Shown: positions 1-14,657 of the stretch, piece after piece
Numbering within the stretch: the stretch's first letter is position 1
Layout of the letters: each line of letters starts with the position of its first letter
Assembly: GCA_964016885.1 (NCBI GenBank)
Contig: OZ024742.1
Location: forward strand, 282,348,001-282,412,000
Source of the DNA: Eledone cirrhosa
Taxonomy: Eukaryota
Direction of reading: 5' to 3'
Length of the DNA stretch: 64,000 bases
Notes under the pieces: generated by a model
Seen by the model: the letters and a program-made list of their open reading frames with translations, nothing else
What the model was told of the DNA's origin: nothing
The model's database searches: none
Program-made: the position numbers and the translations under genes

Positions 1-150
1 TAACTCGACCTGTTCGCCGGAGAAACAATTGTAATATGTAAATAAATTCGATGCATCTCAATTGTAATATGTAAATAAATTCGATGCATCCCAATTGTAA
101 TATGTAAGTAAATTCGATGCATCACTGATTCTTGGTTTTCTATAATATAT
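1..150 (+). repeat. 3' part of a (TA)n-associated HHR-bearing repeat, with 3 tandem ~33-bp copies (aattgtaatatgtaaataaattcgatgcatc)
   Basis: Three near-identical units at ~28, ~60 and ~93. Preceded by GAAA-caattg-TA. Similar to the right arm of the palindrome at 60760-60848. Confidence 0.7.
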
Positions 151-375
151 ATATATATAAGTATCATCCAATCTGATTGATTAGTCAATGAATTTGTCAA
201 ATATACTAAAGCATTTCTCTGACGGAAATCGAAAATGCTTTATAAGGAGGAGCTAATATTTAGATTGAAAACTACTGATCTAAATATAATGATACTCTAG
301 AATTGTCTGGCTTCTGATGATTTCTGTTGGCATGAATAGGAATGGAATTCTATTGTTTTATATATGATATATCAA

Positions 376-1516
<1,141 letters not shown>

Positions 1517-1619
1517 AAAAGAACTGAGAGTACGAAAGCTAATACGTCAGAAGTATCTTTGATTGACATTTTGTAAATAGGGAGCTGATGGTGCCGGAAA
1601 GGGATTTGGACATTTCTAT

Positions 1620-1819
1620 AGTGGTGGTGGTGGTGAAGGTGGTTCTCCTGGTCTGCTTGACATGATGGTGGTGGGAATGTTGGATATGGTGGTGGTGATG
1701 AAGTATGTGAGGATGGAGATGATGATGGTGGTGGTAGTGGGAAAGGAGGGTATGCTAATAGTGATTGTGTCATGATGGTGATGGTGGTGGTGGTGGTGGT
1801 TGTAAAGCGGTTATGGTGA

Positions 1820-1868
<49 letters not shown>

Positions 1869-1924
1869 GGTGGTGGTGGTGGTGGTGGTGGTGGTAGTCG
1901 TAGTGGTGGTGATGGAAGTGGTGG

Positions 1925-1955
<31 letters not shown>

Positions 1956-2720
1956 AGTGGTGGTGGTGGACTGGTGGTGGTGAAGGTGGAGGTGTTGTTG
2001 TTGGTTATAGTGGTGGTGATGGTCTGATATTGGTCATGGTAGTGGTGGTGTAGGCGATGGTTATATTGGTGGTGGGGTTAATAGTGGTGTCATATACTGC
2101 CGTCTTTAATTCGGCAAAGATTTAGTGGAGGGGACGAGGTCAGATCAGGTGACCTCTTGTACCGGGCCAAAAATCTAATCCATCAATATGTGGGCGAAAA
2201 AACTCATTTGCGGACAGGATAGTCGGAGTTATATATTTGTTATTGTTGCTGTTGTTGTGGTGCTTATTGTTGTTGATGTTGTGTTGGCGGTGATGGTGGT
2301 GTCTTGCGTTGGTGGTGGTAGTGGTTGGCGTTGGTGGCGGTGGTGGTGGTGGTGTTTGTGGTGGTGGTGGTATTGTGGTGGTGGTATTGTGGTCGTCGTG
2401 GTGGTCATGGTGATGGTCATTATTGTGTTGGTGGTTGTGGTGGTGGTGGTAGTGGTGGTGGTGGTGGTGTTGGTGGTGTTGACGTAGGTTGTGGTGGTGG
2501 CAGTGGCGGCGGCGGTGATGGTTGTCGTGGTAGTGGTGGTAGTGGTGGTAGTTGTGGTTGTGGTGGTGGGGTGGCGGCAGTATTGAAGCGATGATGTTGA
2601 TAGTGATAATGATAGTGATAGTGCTGTTGTTATTATTGTTGTTTGCAGTAATGGTGTAGTGCTGAAATGGAGATGGTGTTTATTACGGTTATGGTGATGG
2701 TAATGGTTGTTGTGATTGCG
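1620..2720. repeat. (GGT)n/(GTT)n degenerate trinucleotide tract
   Basis: Seen directly. Gives poly-V/W/G ORFs. Confidence 0.9.
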
Positions 2721-2805
2721 ATATATCTGGCAATTATGTTGTGGTGTGTGGTGTTCGTATTAGTGTCACTATTGCGTTGCTGTTTATCTCTAGCCAATCT
2801 CCTCT

Positions 2806-2902
<97 letters not shown>

Positions 2903-3337
2903 AATATTCATAGAGCAAGTTCTGATGTGTTGCGATAAAATATATCCTTTTTCTTAATTATTTAACTAATGGAGAATGAACAATGTCCGTGGCCCTATTT
3001 CAGGGCCTCTTAGACTGGCCCAAAGGAATGAATAGTGTCTTAAAATTAAAAATTTGCTGCGAATGCTTCTAACAGAGCGAGCGCACACCTACTTTTCATC
3101 CGACGCTCTAACGCTTCTGGTAATATCTTTAAACTTTGAGCCATACAATAACATATATGTACTTGATGGCTGACTCTCAAACAAACAACAACGAAAAAGA
3201 GTTCAAAGATAAGTACTGTACAATAAACTGCGTCAGTGTGAGTGTGTGTCCATGTATATATACACCAAGCCCGAACACAAAGGACCCAAACTCCCACTGC
3301 CACCGCCTCTGTCTCTCCCGTTCTCCCCATCTCTGAC

Positions 3338-3437
3338 TATTATGAGCGAATGGGGCCCCACGCACTAACCACCTCGCGGCCCTGGTGGACAGAATATAGA
3401 AGGCGTTTCCCCGGGGGATGGTAAGGGAGTCGCACTA
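3338..3437 (-). mobile_element. 3' terminal fragment of a CRE-like non-LTR retrotransposon
   Basis: Homologous to 52874-52975 and 28860-29022. The latter encodes a QRxSxxILRGxAFSIL-type C-terminal motif. Confidence 0.55.
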
Positions 3438-5130
3438 GAAGAGCCTTGAACCAGAAAATATTTCGTATCCCAATTTTGGTTACCTTTGTCTATTTAGTTG
3501 TCTTCTGTGGTCTTTTATAAATTACTCTAAACTAGGGAATAAAAATCCGTTTATTTATTTTTTTTATATTTATATCAATAATTATTGAAAAAACAAAAAC
3601 AAAAGAGTCCTGACAACAGTATTGAACCAGAAAATATTAGGTGCCACTATTTTGGTTCCGTTGGTTTGCTAGATTGTAGCATGTGGAGAATCATTTACTA
3701 TCAGCTAGGAAATCCAAATCTGCATCTCTTTTTTTTTTCCTATTAATAATTACCAAAAACAAAAACCTTCTTTGTTTATGATCATATATAGTTTAAATTT
3801 TCGCCTATTAGTAGTGGCAGGGGGGTCATTTTTGGTATGTTTTTTATGCATTATATTGTTTTTTGAAATTTTGTTTCTGTTAGCAAATCATTCGAATATT
3901 AAGCATCCAACGAAGGACTATTCAATTTATGGTATGCTGGACAACCTACGGGCAGGTTGTACGTAAAAATAAAAAACAATAACGAACAAGAAAAAAACGA
4001 AAAACGAAAAACGAAATAAGTTACCATAAAGAAGGAAACCCAATAGTAATATGGAATATACAAAGCACGAAATCATTCGACCGAAAAATGAAATGCAATG
4101 GAAACGATTCTCTCTTTCCACAAAGATATACATATACCATACATATTGTTGTTGTTGCATAACACAATTTCTGTCAGATATTTTTAGAAAGTTATTTTGT
4201 ATATAAAGTACATAACAGTATATACACGGTCCATCTCGATTCAATATATAGTATTCTGGGAAAGTTACGGGTTAATCGAAAAATGAAAATATGTTGCAAA
4301 GAGAGGAGAGGAAAGTAAAATTATAAATAAACAAAACACAACAAACACATACATAAACTTAATAGGAATGACGGTTATAAGAAAGAACGAAATCAGTTGA
4401 AACGAAAAACGAAATGTAATAGGAATATATATTCACAATATATTCACATTTACACGTAATTACATAGCCATGGGATTTCTTTTATGCATAGGAGGCTATA
4501 ATAGTAATAATAAAGATAATAATAGTAATATGTAACTGTAATAGTAATAGATGGAAAAGAAAAATATAGGGAGAAATATTAGTTAGTGTTATATTCTAAT
4601 AATAGTTACTAGTATTTGTGTGAGCATCAGTAACATATTTGAATAATACTTTAATAGAAAAACTCAAATAGTTATTGAAACGATAAATTGAAAATAACAT
4701 TACGAATACGCAGCTAGTATTATATTTTTAAATTAATTTATTTAAGTTCTTTAAATCATGTGGAAGTATCTGGCCTAATATTTAGGGAGTTATGCTCAAG
4801 AATTTAAGGTCATGAATTCGAATCCTTGAGAGGACCATGCGTTGTGTCTTTCATTTAGTGTTGCTCCAGTCCACTCAACTGAAGAAAGAAATGAGTAGTA
4901 GCAACAGCTTGGGGTTAATACCAGACTTGTCAACTCGCCCCGTCGGACGGGGAGATCTCCCACTTTGTGAAAATTGGTATAGCTTTCCTTATGTAAAATC
5001 TCCCCATTTAGTTTGGTTTAGGAGTGAATAGTCAATTGATTCAGCCTGGATAACCAACATACTATGAAACATGTGAAAGCATTCCTTATAAATTTCTGTG
5101 TACGAACAAAATACTGCCAACGATTTTAGA

Positions 5131-5275
5131 GAGAAGAGGAAAGTTGATTACATAGATCCAGTACTTTACTGGTACTTCATTTCATCGACACCCTGAAGTA
5201 TGAAAAGTACAGTTAACGTCGGCGGAATTTGAAACCGGAATGTAGACGGCCGTAACGAAATGTTGCAACGTATTG
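5131..5275 (-). mobile_element. degenerate tRNA-derived SINE (MetaSINE-like core)
   Basis: ctggtacttcatttcatcgac...gaaaag..agttaacgtcggcggaatttgaa is the reverse complement of the core seen in the other copies. Confidence 0.7.
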
Positions 5276-5556
5276 CGTCGTCAAGTACGAAATTTGTCGT
5301 AATTCTTTTTATTCTACAAATTTCTACAAATTTCGTACTTGACGACCCAATGTGTCAACCGGAGCACTAACTAATGATTGTGCCAGCCCAAACACCCTTT
5401 GTTGAAAAAAAAAATACAAGTATTCCACTTTTGCTCATAAAACAGTCTTCCAGAGAGTTTCCGTTCTCACTCACACCTAATGTTTGCGAATTAAACTTAA
5501 CCGTACGGTTATTTTGCATCCACATATACATATATACACACAGATACACAACCATA

Positions 5557-5614
<58 letters not shown>

Positions 5615-5703
5615 ATGAAATACCTATGATAGTTGGAAGATCACTGATGAAGGACAAACTTTTTTCATATGTAACCCATTTGCAACTCCGCAGCGCCCTT
5701 ATT

Positions 5704-5740
<37 letters not shown>

Positions 5741-5744
<4 letters not shown>

Positions 5745-6758
5745 TTAAAATATATGATAAACACGAAATGTGTTTATATTGCAACAGACAAAGTTAGCTA
5801 TTAATGAAATAAACTAATTAAAGTGAATACAATTTGTCTGTCTCGATATAAGTCAATAAAGACAAGCTTATATTGGCAACGGCCATGATTCCTGGACAGA
5901 TTTAAATTTCAAAATTCAAACCTGTTCTGTAGACGAATTTGAACCTCGAAACCTAAATAAGTTTCGCAACGGTGGAATGTGAATTGAAAAATAAAGGGAA
6001 TCGAAATGGAATAGAAATAAAAGAGTGAAATATCCAAATTAATTAGTTTATTTCATTAATAGCTAACTTTGTCTGTTGCAATATAAACACATTTCGTGTT
6101 TATCATATATTTTAAATGTATTTAACTGCTCGGAAGAGCCCCTTTTCCTGGAGCTTAATTATTGTAAACGACTGAGAGTTTATTCTCAAAATATAATATA
6201 ATGTATGGCTCCTTCATTGTAGAGCTGATCTTTAATCCTGCATAAGCGGCTGTTATTTCTAGCACCGTGAATGTGGGACGGCTAGTTTTGGCCTGCCTAC
6301 ACACGTGTAGTCAGACCTGCAAAATGTTTGATGTGAGATGTACTAATTTTACTGGATTCCTGTTGATAAGCACAGAAGATTTGGATATTTCAATCTTTTA
6401 TTTCTATTCCATTTCGATTCTCTTTATTTTTCAATTCACATTCCACCGTTGCGAAACTTATTTAGGTTTCGAAATTCAAATTCGTCTACAGAACAGGCTT
6501 GAATTTTGAAATTTAAATCTGTCCAGGAATCATGGCCGTTGCCAATATAAGCTTGTCTTTATTGACTTATATCGAGACAGACAAATTGTATTCACTTTAA
6601 TTAGTTTATTTCATTAATAGCTAACTTTGTCTGTTGCAATATAAACACATTTCGTGTTTATCATATATTTTAAATGTATTTAACTGCTCGGAAGAGCCCC
6701 TTTTCCTGGAGCTTAATTATTGTAAACGACTGAGAGTTTATTCTCAAAATATAATATA

Positions 6759-6760
<2 letters not shown>
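5741..6760. mobile_element. Penelope-type pLTR-like remnant: inverted plus direct duplication between (TA)n tracts
   Basis: 5741-6037 is the reverse complement of ~6380-6678. ~6038-6198 is a direct copy of ~6597-6757. Confidence 0.6.
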
Positions 6761-6846
<86 letters not shown>

Positions 6847-6964
6847 GACGTAAGATAAGAAAATTTTAAAATTAACTTGCTTACTAAAATTTAGTACTAA
6901 GACATAATATATATATTTGCTAGCATGGGTATACATCTGTATACACATGTTGGTAGATATACTA

Positions 6965-7006
<42 letters not shown>

Positions 7007-7010
<4 letters not shown>

Positions 7011-7172
7011 AACGAGTAGGACCCCGACGGCTGAGCTCAAGCCGTTTCAACGGCTAATTCTTGAGCTCAGCCGTCGGGGTCCTACTCGTTCCTATTACCC
7101 ACTCTACTACCCTAACTATTGAGTACTTTGGTGCGTTATGGTCCACCTGGTTCCTTACCACATTTCCTTCGT
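7007..7172 (+). mobile_element. short (TA)n-inserted fold-back element (family also at 45190-45395, 56000-56080, 59002-59432, 60414-60497)
   Basis: Hairpin at 7007-7094 plus the shared body attacccactctactacc...ccttaccacatttccttcgtta, flanked by (TA)n. Confidence 0.8.
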
Positions 7173-7190
7173 TATATATATATATATATA

Positions 7191-7371
<181 letters not shown>

Positions 7372-7701
7372 CGGGGTAACAAATTATTGTTATAGGTGTA
7401 GTCCAGTTAGAGTACTCCGAGTAGTGGATGATATCAACGCTTGGCTAAGTTTGACTCAACAAGGCCTTTCCATAGTGATGGTGCGAGTACGCTGTATTTT
7501 CTATGTTGTAAACACTTGGAGTAATAATAAATCAGGAAAGAAGAGTCTCACAAGCTCCGATTTATAACTTTGTATTGGTGATCGAGTAACGTGAAAATAA
7601 GCGGGCAGCGATCTCTAGACCTACCAGTTCAGAGAAACAATTGTCAGCAATGAGATTAAAAACCTTTTTTGTATAGCTAACCGTGTCACTCTTCTTTCCT
7701 G

Positions 7702-7788
<87 letters not shown>

Positions 7789-7891
7789 CTGCCGATTAAC
7801 TCACTCGAGATGCAAATTAGGCTGCTCAGCCGTTAATATGCATAAGGAAAGTATATACTTTCAGACGTTCAATCATCTGGAAGGAAGGTAT

Positions 7892-7934
7892 ACGGTACTG
7901 ACGATAGCGAATAAGCTTGAAACTAGTACATCGT
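7892..7934 (+). ncRNA. type I minimal hammerhead ribozyme motif (copy 1)
   Basis: acggta-CTGACGA-t agc gaataa gct t-GAAA-ctag-TA-catcgt. One A.C mismatch in helix I next to the core. Confidence 0.7.
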
Positions 7935-8313
7935 TCCTTTGTCAGTGTTGAACAAAAGAGCAACGATGGTTGCTAAACACTGTACGGCTTAATTCGAGAT
8001 GTTTGTTTAGAAAAAAACCGAGCATTATAATAAATGTTCGGTGAATCCATACGTACATATGTGTGCATGTATGTATATATATATACATACTACTGTACGT
8101 CTGTATACATATATGTATGTACGTATAATACTTATATTTAAATAACAGCCGTCCTAAGAGTGAGAAATGAAATTTCGTTTCATTTTTTCCATTTATCGTT
8201 TTCGGTGCGCCCGGCCATTAACTCAATCGATATGCAAATTAGGCTGCTCAGCCGTTAATATGCATAAGGAAAGTATATACTTTCAGACGTTCAATCATCT
8301 GGCAGGAAGGTAT

Positions 8314-8356
8314 ACGGTGCTGACGATAGCTAATAAACTTGAAACTAGTACATCGT
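8314..8356 (+). ncRNA. type I minimal hammerhead ribozyme motif (copy 2)
   Basis: acggtg-CTGACGA-tagctaataaactt-GAAA-ctag-TA-catcgt. Helix I is 6 bp, helix III is palindromic, and helix II has a mismatch. Confidence 0.75.
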
Positions 8357-8744
8357 TCCTTTGTCAGTGTTGAACAAAAGGGCAACGATGGTTGCTAAAC
8401 ACTGTACGGCTTAATTCGGGATGTTTGTTTACAAACAAACCGAACATTATAATAAATGTTCGGTGAATCCATACGTACATATATATATGCGTGCATGTAT
8501 GTATATATATATATACATATACTGTACGTCTGTATACATATATGTATGTACGTATACATACTTATATTTAAATAACAGCCGTACTAAGAGTGAGAAATGA
8601 AATTTCGTTTCATTTTTTCCATTTATCATTTTCGGTGCGTCCGGCCGATTAACTCACTCGATATGCAAATTAGGCTGCTCACCCGTTAATATGTATAAGG
8701 AAAGTATATACTTTCAGACGTTCAATCATCTGGCAGGAAGGTAT

Positions 8745-8787
8745 ACGGTGCTGACGATAGTTAATAAGCTTGAAACTAGTACATCGT
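8745..8787 (+). ncRNA. type I minimal hammerhead ribozyme motif (copy 3)
   Basis: acggtg-CTGACGA-t agtt aat aagct t-GAAA-ctag-TA-catcgt. All core nucleotides are intact. Confidence 0.8.
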
Positions 8788-9044
8788 TCCTTTGTCAGTG
8801 TTGAACAAAAGGGCAACAATGTACGGCTTAATTCGGGATGTTTGTTTACAAACAAACCGAACATTATAATAAATGTTCGGTGAATCCATACGTACATATA
8901 TATATGTGTGCATGTATGTATACATATACATACTACTGTACGTCTGTATACATATATGTATGTACGTATACATACTTATATATATATATATATAAATATA
9001 TAAATATATATATAAATACATATATATATATATATATATATACA

Positions 9045-9156
<112 letters not shown>

Positions 9157-9439
9157 TTGTGGGAATTAATTAAGCATTAAGCGTCTTGGCCACAGGATGC
9201 CACGTAGCCGTCGGGGAACAACGGGATACGAACCGACAAAACCTTTGGTTGCTAGATACTCAATCTACAGACTGACTCACGTGACATTTAACAAACGTCA
9301 TCCCCTTCCTCCCACCGTCCCTTTTCAGCGTTCCTCTCTCTTTTCAAGCGAGAAAGTTTTAGTCTCAATCCCACCCATATTAGATTTTAAATGAGATAAA
9401 GACCCCATTCCCTCAACTCACACCATTTAGTTATCACTT

Positions 9440-9945
9440 TCTCTCTCTCTTACTCTCTCTTACTCTCTCTCTCACTCTCTCTCACTCTCTCTCACTTTCT
9501 CTCACTCTCTCTCCATCTCTCTCCCTCTCACTCTTTCTCTGTCTCTCCCTCTCTCTTTGCCTTCCTTTCTCTCTCTCCTTTTCTCTCTTTGTCTCTCTTA
9601 CTGTTCCCTTATTTTTCTCCCTTAATCTCACTCTTAAACTCTCTTGCACACACACCCCTCTCTATTTCTCTCTATCTCTATCTCTATCTATATCTCTCTA
9701 ACAAAAAATTATTGCTAACAATCAGATATACATATAGCCAGATGCCCTTACGGAGAGAGAGAGAGGGTGAGAGAGAGAGAGAGAGAGGGGGTGGAGAGCG
9801 AGACATACATAGAGAATGAGAGATAACAGAGAGAGAGAGAGAGAGAGAGTGATAACAGAGAGAGAGAGACATTCAGAGAGATAACAGAGAGAGAGAGAGA
9901 GAGAGACATAGACACAGAGAGGGAGAGAGATACAGAGAGAGAAAG

Positions 9946-10000
<55 letters not shown>
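9440..10000. repeat. (CT)n then (GA)n microsatellites
   Basis: Seen directly. Confidence 0.9.
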
Positions 10001-10003
<3 letters not shown>

Positions 10004-10119
10004 GTGAGGGAATGAGAGAGTTACATCCACACATTAAAATATTACACATATATAACAAGAGATAAAAACATACAGATACATACATGCATGCAGACATATA
10101 TAAAGCCGAACACACACAT

Positions 10120-11232
10120 ACACATTGAGACATACATAGCTACATACAATGAGATAAACACACACAGACACATTGAGACATACATAGCTATAAACAATGA
10201 GATAAACACACACATATACATACATGCATACACACACAGACACATTGAGACATACATAGCTATATATACAATGAGATAAACACACGCATATACATACATG
10301 TATACACACACAGACACATTGAGACATACATAGCTATATATACAATGAGATAAACACACGCATATACATACATGCATACACACTCAGACACATTGAGACA
10401 TACATAGTTATATATACAATGAGATAAACTCACGCATATACATACATGTATACACACACAGACACATTGAGACATACATAGCTATATATACAATGAAATA
10501 AACACACGCATATACATACATGCATACACACACAGACACATTGAGACATACATAGCTATATATACAATGAAATAAACACACGCATATACATACATGCATA
10601 CACACACAGACACATTGAGACATACATAGCTATATATACAATGAGATAAACACACGCATATACATACATGTATACACACACAGACACATTGAGACATACA
10701 TAGCTATATATACAATGAAATAAACACACGCATATACATACATGCATACACACTCAGACACATTGAGACATACATAGTTATATATACAATGAGATAAACT
10801 CACACATATACATACATGTATACACACACAGACACATTGAGACATACATAGCTATATATACAATGAAATAAACACACGCATATACATACATGCATACACA
10901 CACAGACACATTGAGACATACATAGCTATATATACAATGAAATAAACACACGCATATACATACATGCATACACACACAGACACATTGAGACATACATAGC
11001 TATATATACAATGAGATAAACTCACACATATACATACATGTATACACACACAGACACATTGAGACATACATAGTTATATATACAATGAGATAAACTCACA
11101 CATATACATGCATGCATATACACACAGACACATTGAGACATACATAGTTATATATACAATGAGATAAACTCACACATATACATACATGCATACACACACA
11201 GACACATTGAGACATACATAGCTATATATACA
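10120..11232. repeat. 74-bp minisatellite, ~14 copies, with 370-bp higher-order periodicity
   Basis: cacattgagac recurs every 74 bp from 10241 to 11203. The variant cactcagaca recurs at 10381 and 10751. Confidence 0.92.
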
Positions 11233-11939
11233 TGCTGAAATATAAATATTCAAACATGAACACACAGACACATGAAGAAAGAGTCGCATATGTGCAATTA
11301 GAATTAATATCATACACACACACACATATGCACACACACGCACACTCACATGCAAACATGCAAACATGCAAACATGAACACACACACACAAAGGCACACA
11401 TGGCACAAACACACACACACATGCACATCCACAAGCATACGTCTGCCACACAAATAGAGATACACACACAAACGCGCCCACAAACACACAAACACACACA
11501 CATGCACACATGCACACATGCACACAAAACACACAAACACACACACATACATACGCACGCACGCGCACACACGCACACACGCACGCACACGCACACCCAC
11601 ATACATACACACACGCGCACGCCCACATATATACATGCACACATGCCCACAAACATACACACACGCACACATATCCACACAAACACACACACATGCACAT
11701 CCACAAACATACGTCTGTTCACGCATAGAGACACACACGCACACACACAAGCGCGCCCACAAACACACAAACACACACACATGCACATACACAAGCACAC
11801 GTCTTCTCATGCATAGACACACACACTCATGCGCGCCTACAAACACAAACACACGTATTCAGAATTACACAAATACACATAGCACTTCTATAATGAAACC
11901 ATCAGATATAACACTTGTTCCCGTTTATCCAATATGCCA

Positions 11940-12008
<69 letters not shown>

Positions 12009-12439
12009 AATACATACAGATGCATACACAAATATACATAAATATATACACATACATACACAAAGCACTCATACACTTACATATGCACAGATACATGCAT
12101 ACAGATAGATACATACGTATCGGCATGCATACATATACACACATACACACATATATATATATAAATGCCCATACATATACACACAGTAGAAGTAATCTCC
12201 TCTATTTCATATTGATAAACACTACTCAAATGTCGGGAACCGGATACTCGACATATTACTCATTCTATCGTTTTATCTGCTGTACAACCTCTCAACCTCT
12301 ACCCTCTCAAAATGTAATTATGAACCCCACCCGTTAAGAATTCCCAGAATTTAGTTAACAAATCTCGCCCCGTTCCATCAACGTGCTGAAAAATATGACC
12401 CAGGTGTTAGGTGGGATATCACAGAAAACAGGACACGAG

Positions 12440-13200
12440 GACATATCTCTGAAGAAACCAATGAGAGAATCAGTGGTGGAAACAGTGAGAAAGACAGTGG
12501 TAGAACCAAGGAGGAAACTAACGAAGGAACCAGCGAAGAACCCAGCAAGGAAACCATCGAGTGAGACAGTAATAGGGCTAGTGAGGCAACTAGTGAGGCA
12601 AACAGTGAAGCAACCAGTGAAAAGGCTAGAGACGGACGGAGATAGCGAAGGAGTCTTTGAGGCAGCCACTGAGAGAGCTGGTAAGAGAGACAGTGAGAGG
12701 GGGGTAGTGAATGAGCCACTGAGGGAGGCTCTGGACCAGGTTGTGAAGAAAATAGAGAAGATAGTGGCTGAGCTAGTTAAGGAGATAAACAGGGAGCCAG
12801 CGAGAGAGACTGGCTGGGGTAGTGAAGGCGACAGAGATGGAATCCCTGAGGTAGCCAGCGAGGGAGACTGACAGAGGTAATGAAGGAGATAGAGATAGAA
12901 TCCCCGAGGCAGCCAGTGAGGGAGTCTGACTGAGGTAAGGAAGGAGCATCTGGGATAGTTACTGAAAGTGATAGGGTGCGGGGAAAACCAGTGAGGCAGT
13001 CAACGAAGGAACCAACAAGAATACTAGTGACGGAACCGGCGAGACAGTCAACAAAGGGACCAGCAAAGAAACTAGTGAGGGAACCAGAGAGGGAGACTGT
13101 TGGTGAACCAGTAATAGGGCCATTGAGGAAACAATCGAAGGAGTTAGTATGGGATCTAGTGACGGAGCCAATGAAAGAGATATTGGGGGAATCAGCGTGA
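12440..13200. repeat. degenerate 12-bp-periodic sequence (gaaccagtgagg-like) with a ~58-bp internal tandem duplication
   Basis: + strand ORFs 12383-12871 and 12976-13200 read as (R/K)EP(V/A) tetrapeptides. Duplication at ~12831-12946. Confidence 0.6.
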
Positions 13201-14224
13201 GAATTAGCTCAGCAAATTGGCTCACTGTGTCCTGGGGCCAAATCTCACTAAAATCAATTGATTCTGTCTTGGATTGACGGAACTATGAAAGCACCAGACG
13301 CGAAGCCTTTCAGTAATTGTTTTGGCTCTTTATCTCCTCAATTCAAATGACGCTGAAATGGATTTTGTGTTTAGTTAATAAATCTCTTCTTCGTTCCGTT
13401 AAAATATAATACATTCAACTTGGATATCAAATGTAGGACATGAGAACCCATCCTTAGGGAAGCTAGCGTCAGAGCTTCTACCCGACAGCTCTATGTGCTG
13501 GAAATAACAGCGAAACGTCCCTAACGATGAATTCAGTCTGTGCAGTTTTACAACCATTAAAATCACCTTTGTTTTTCAATAAAAAATAGTTCTAATTTCA
13601 AGCGGTGGAGTGGCGGAATTGCTAGAGAGTCATGTGAGATGCCATGTGGTATTTGTTCCGGCTCTTTTTGTGCGCTCTCAGTTCAAATGTTACAGCGATC
13701 AACTTTACCTTCCATCACTTCGTTAAAATGTAGGACGAGATAGTTCGTGGTATTTGGTCTCACATTTTAATGTCTGAATTCTTGTTAGGCAGATTCAACC
13801 TATAGCCCAGTTTATTATCTCTACCATCTGGTCCTTGTGTGTTTAGCAGACCTCTCTGTTGCAGACATTCAGGCCAGAATTCCAGTTTGAGGATACCCGC
13901 TTCCTTTTCCAGCACTAATCCTGGCCGTCTAAACATAGGAAACGGTTCCACTTAGGTTAATGGATACGCTAGGATGAGGTGTCAGTTAGTTTGTTCGAGG
14001 TTGAAAATATATGGCAGCAGCACTAACACAACCAGGATTGTCAATCCTGAATACTACCAGCATTCTGGAGCAGAAGTTGGTCATATGGCATTATCATCAT
14101 CGACCGCAGTATCAGCATCATCATAGTCATCATCAAAATCATTAGCATCAACATCGTTATCCTCACCACCGTTATCATCATCATCGTTGTATGCGTATAT
14201 ATATGTATATACAAATATAAATAC

Positions 14225-14316
<92 letters not shown>

Positions 14317-14421
14317 CCTCTCTCTCTCTCATAGAAGTTTACTATCATATATATGTATATATATATATATATATAGTAATAATAAATGTGAAGACTAAAA
14401 TCAGAAGAGGGCTCGATAAGG

Positions 14422-14510
<89 letters not shown>

Positions 14511-14657
14511 TATTTTCCGTTGTGTTGTAATATAAATATTACACACAGTAGATTAACAGCTCACGTAGAGTTTGTTCGACGGTTCCAGTTGTAGTTCCAA
14601 AAGTAATCCTGAGAAAAATAGAAAGATTTGAATGGATACAGTTTAGTTGAAAGGAAT

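Larger units (their letters stand above)
7790..8980 (+). repeat. tandem array of ~2.8 copies of a ~425-bp unit, each carrying a hammerhead motif
   Basis: Units start at ~7790, ~8211 and ~8641, are highly similar, and the array is flanked by (TA)n. Confidence 0.9.

Noticed and set aside
309-360. CTGATGA at 314 (also at 5644, 29118 minus and 46895)
   Set aside because: No convincing GAAA, helix III or helix I pairing. At best these are heavily decayed.
2130-2170. RSPDLT motif suggesting a Tc1/mariner transposase
   Set aside because: Six residues only, with no flanking similarity or TIRs.
6411-6480. GAAA-cttatttagg-TT hammerhead-like half
   Set aside because: No CUGAnGA at the required position.
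10120-11232. CRISPR-like regular repeats
   Set aside because: The whole 74-bp unit repeats with no unique spacers, there are no cas genes, and the context is eukaryotic.
13760-14080. Non-repetitive short ORF as a host exon
   Set aside because: No recognisable motif or splice support.
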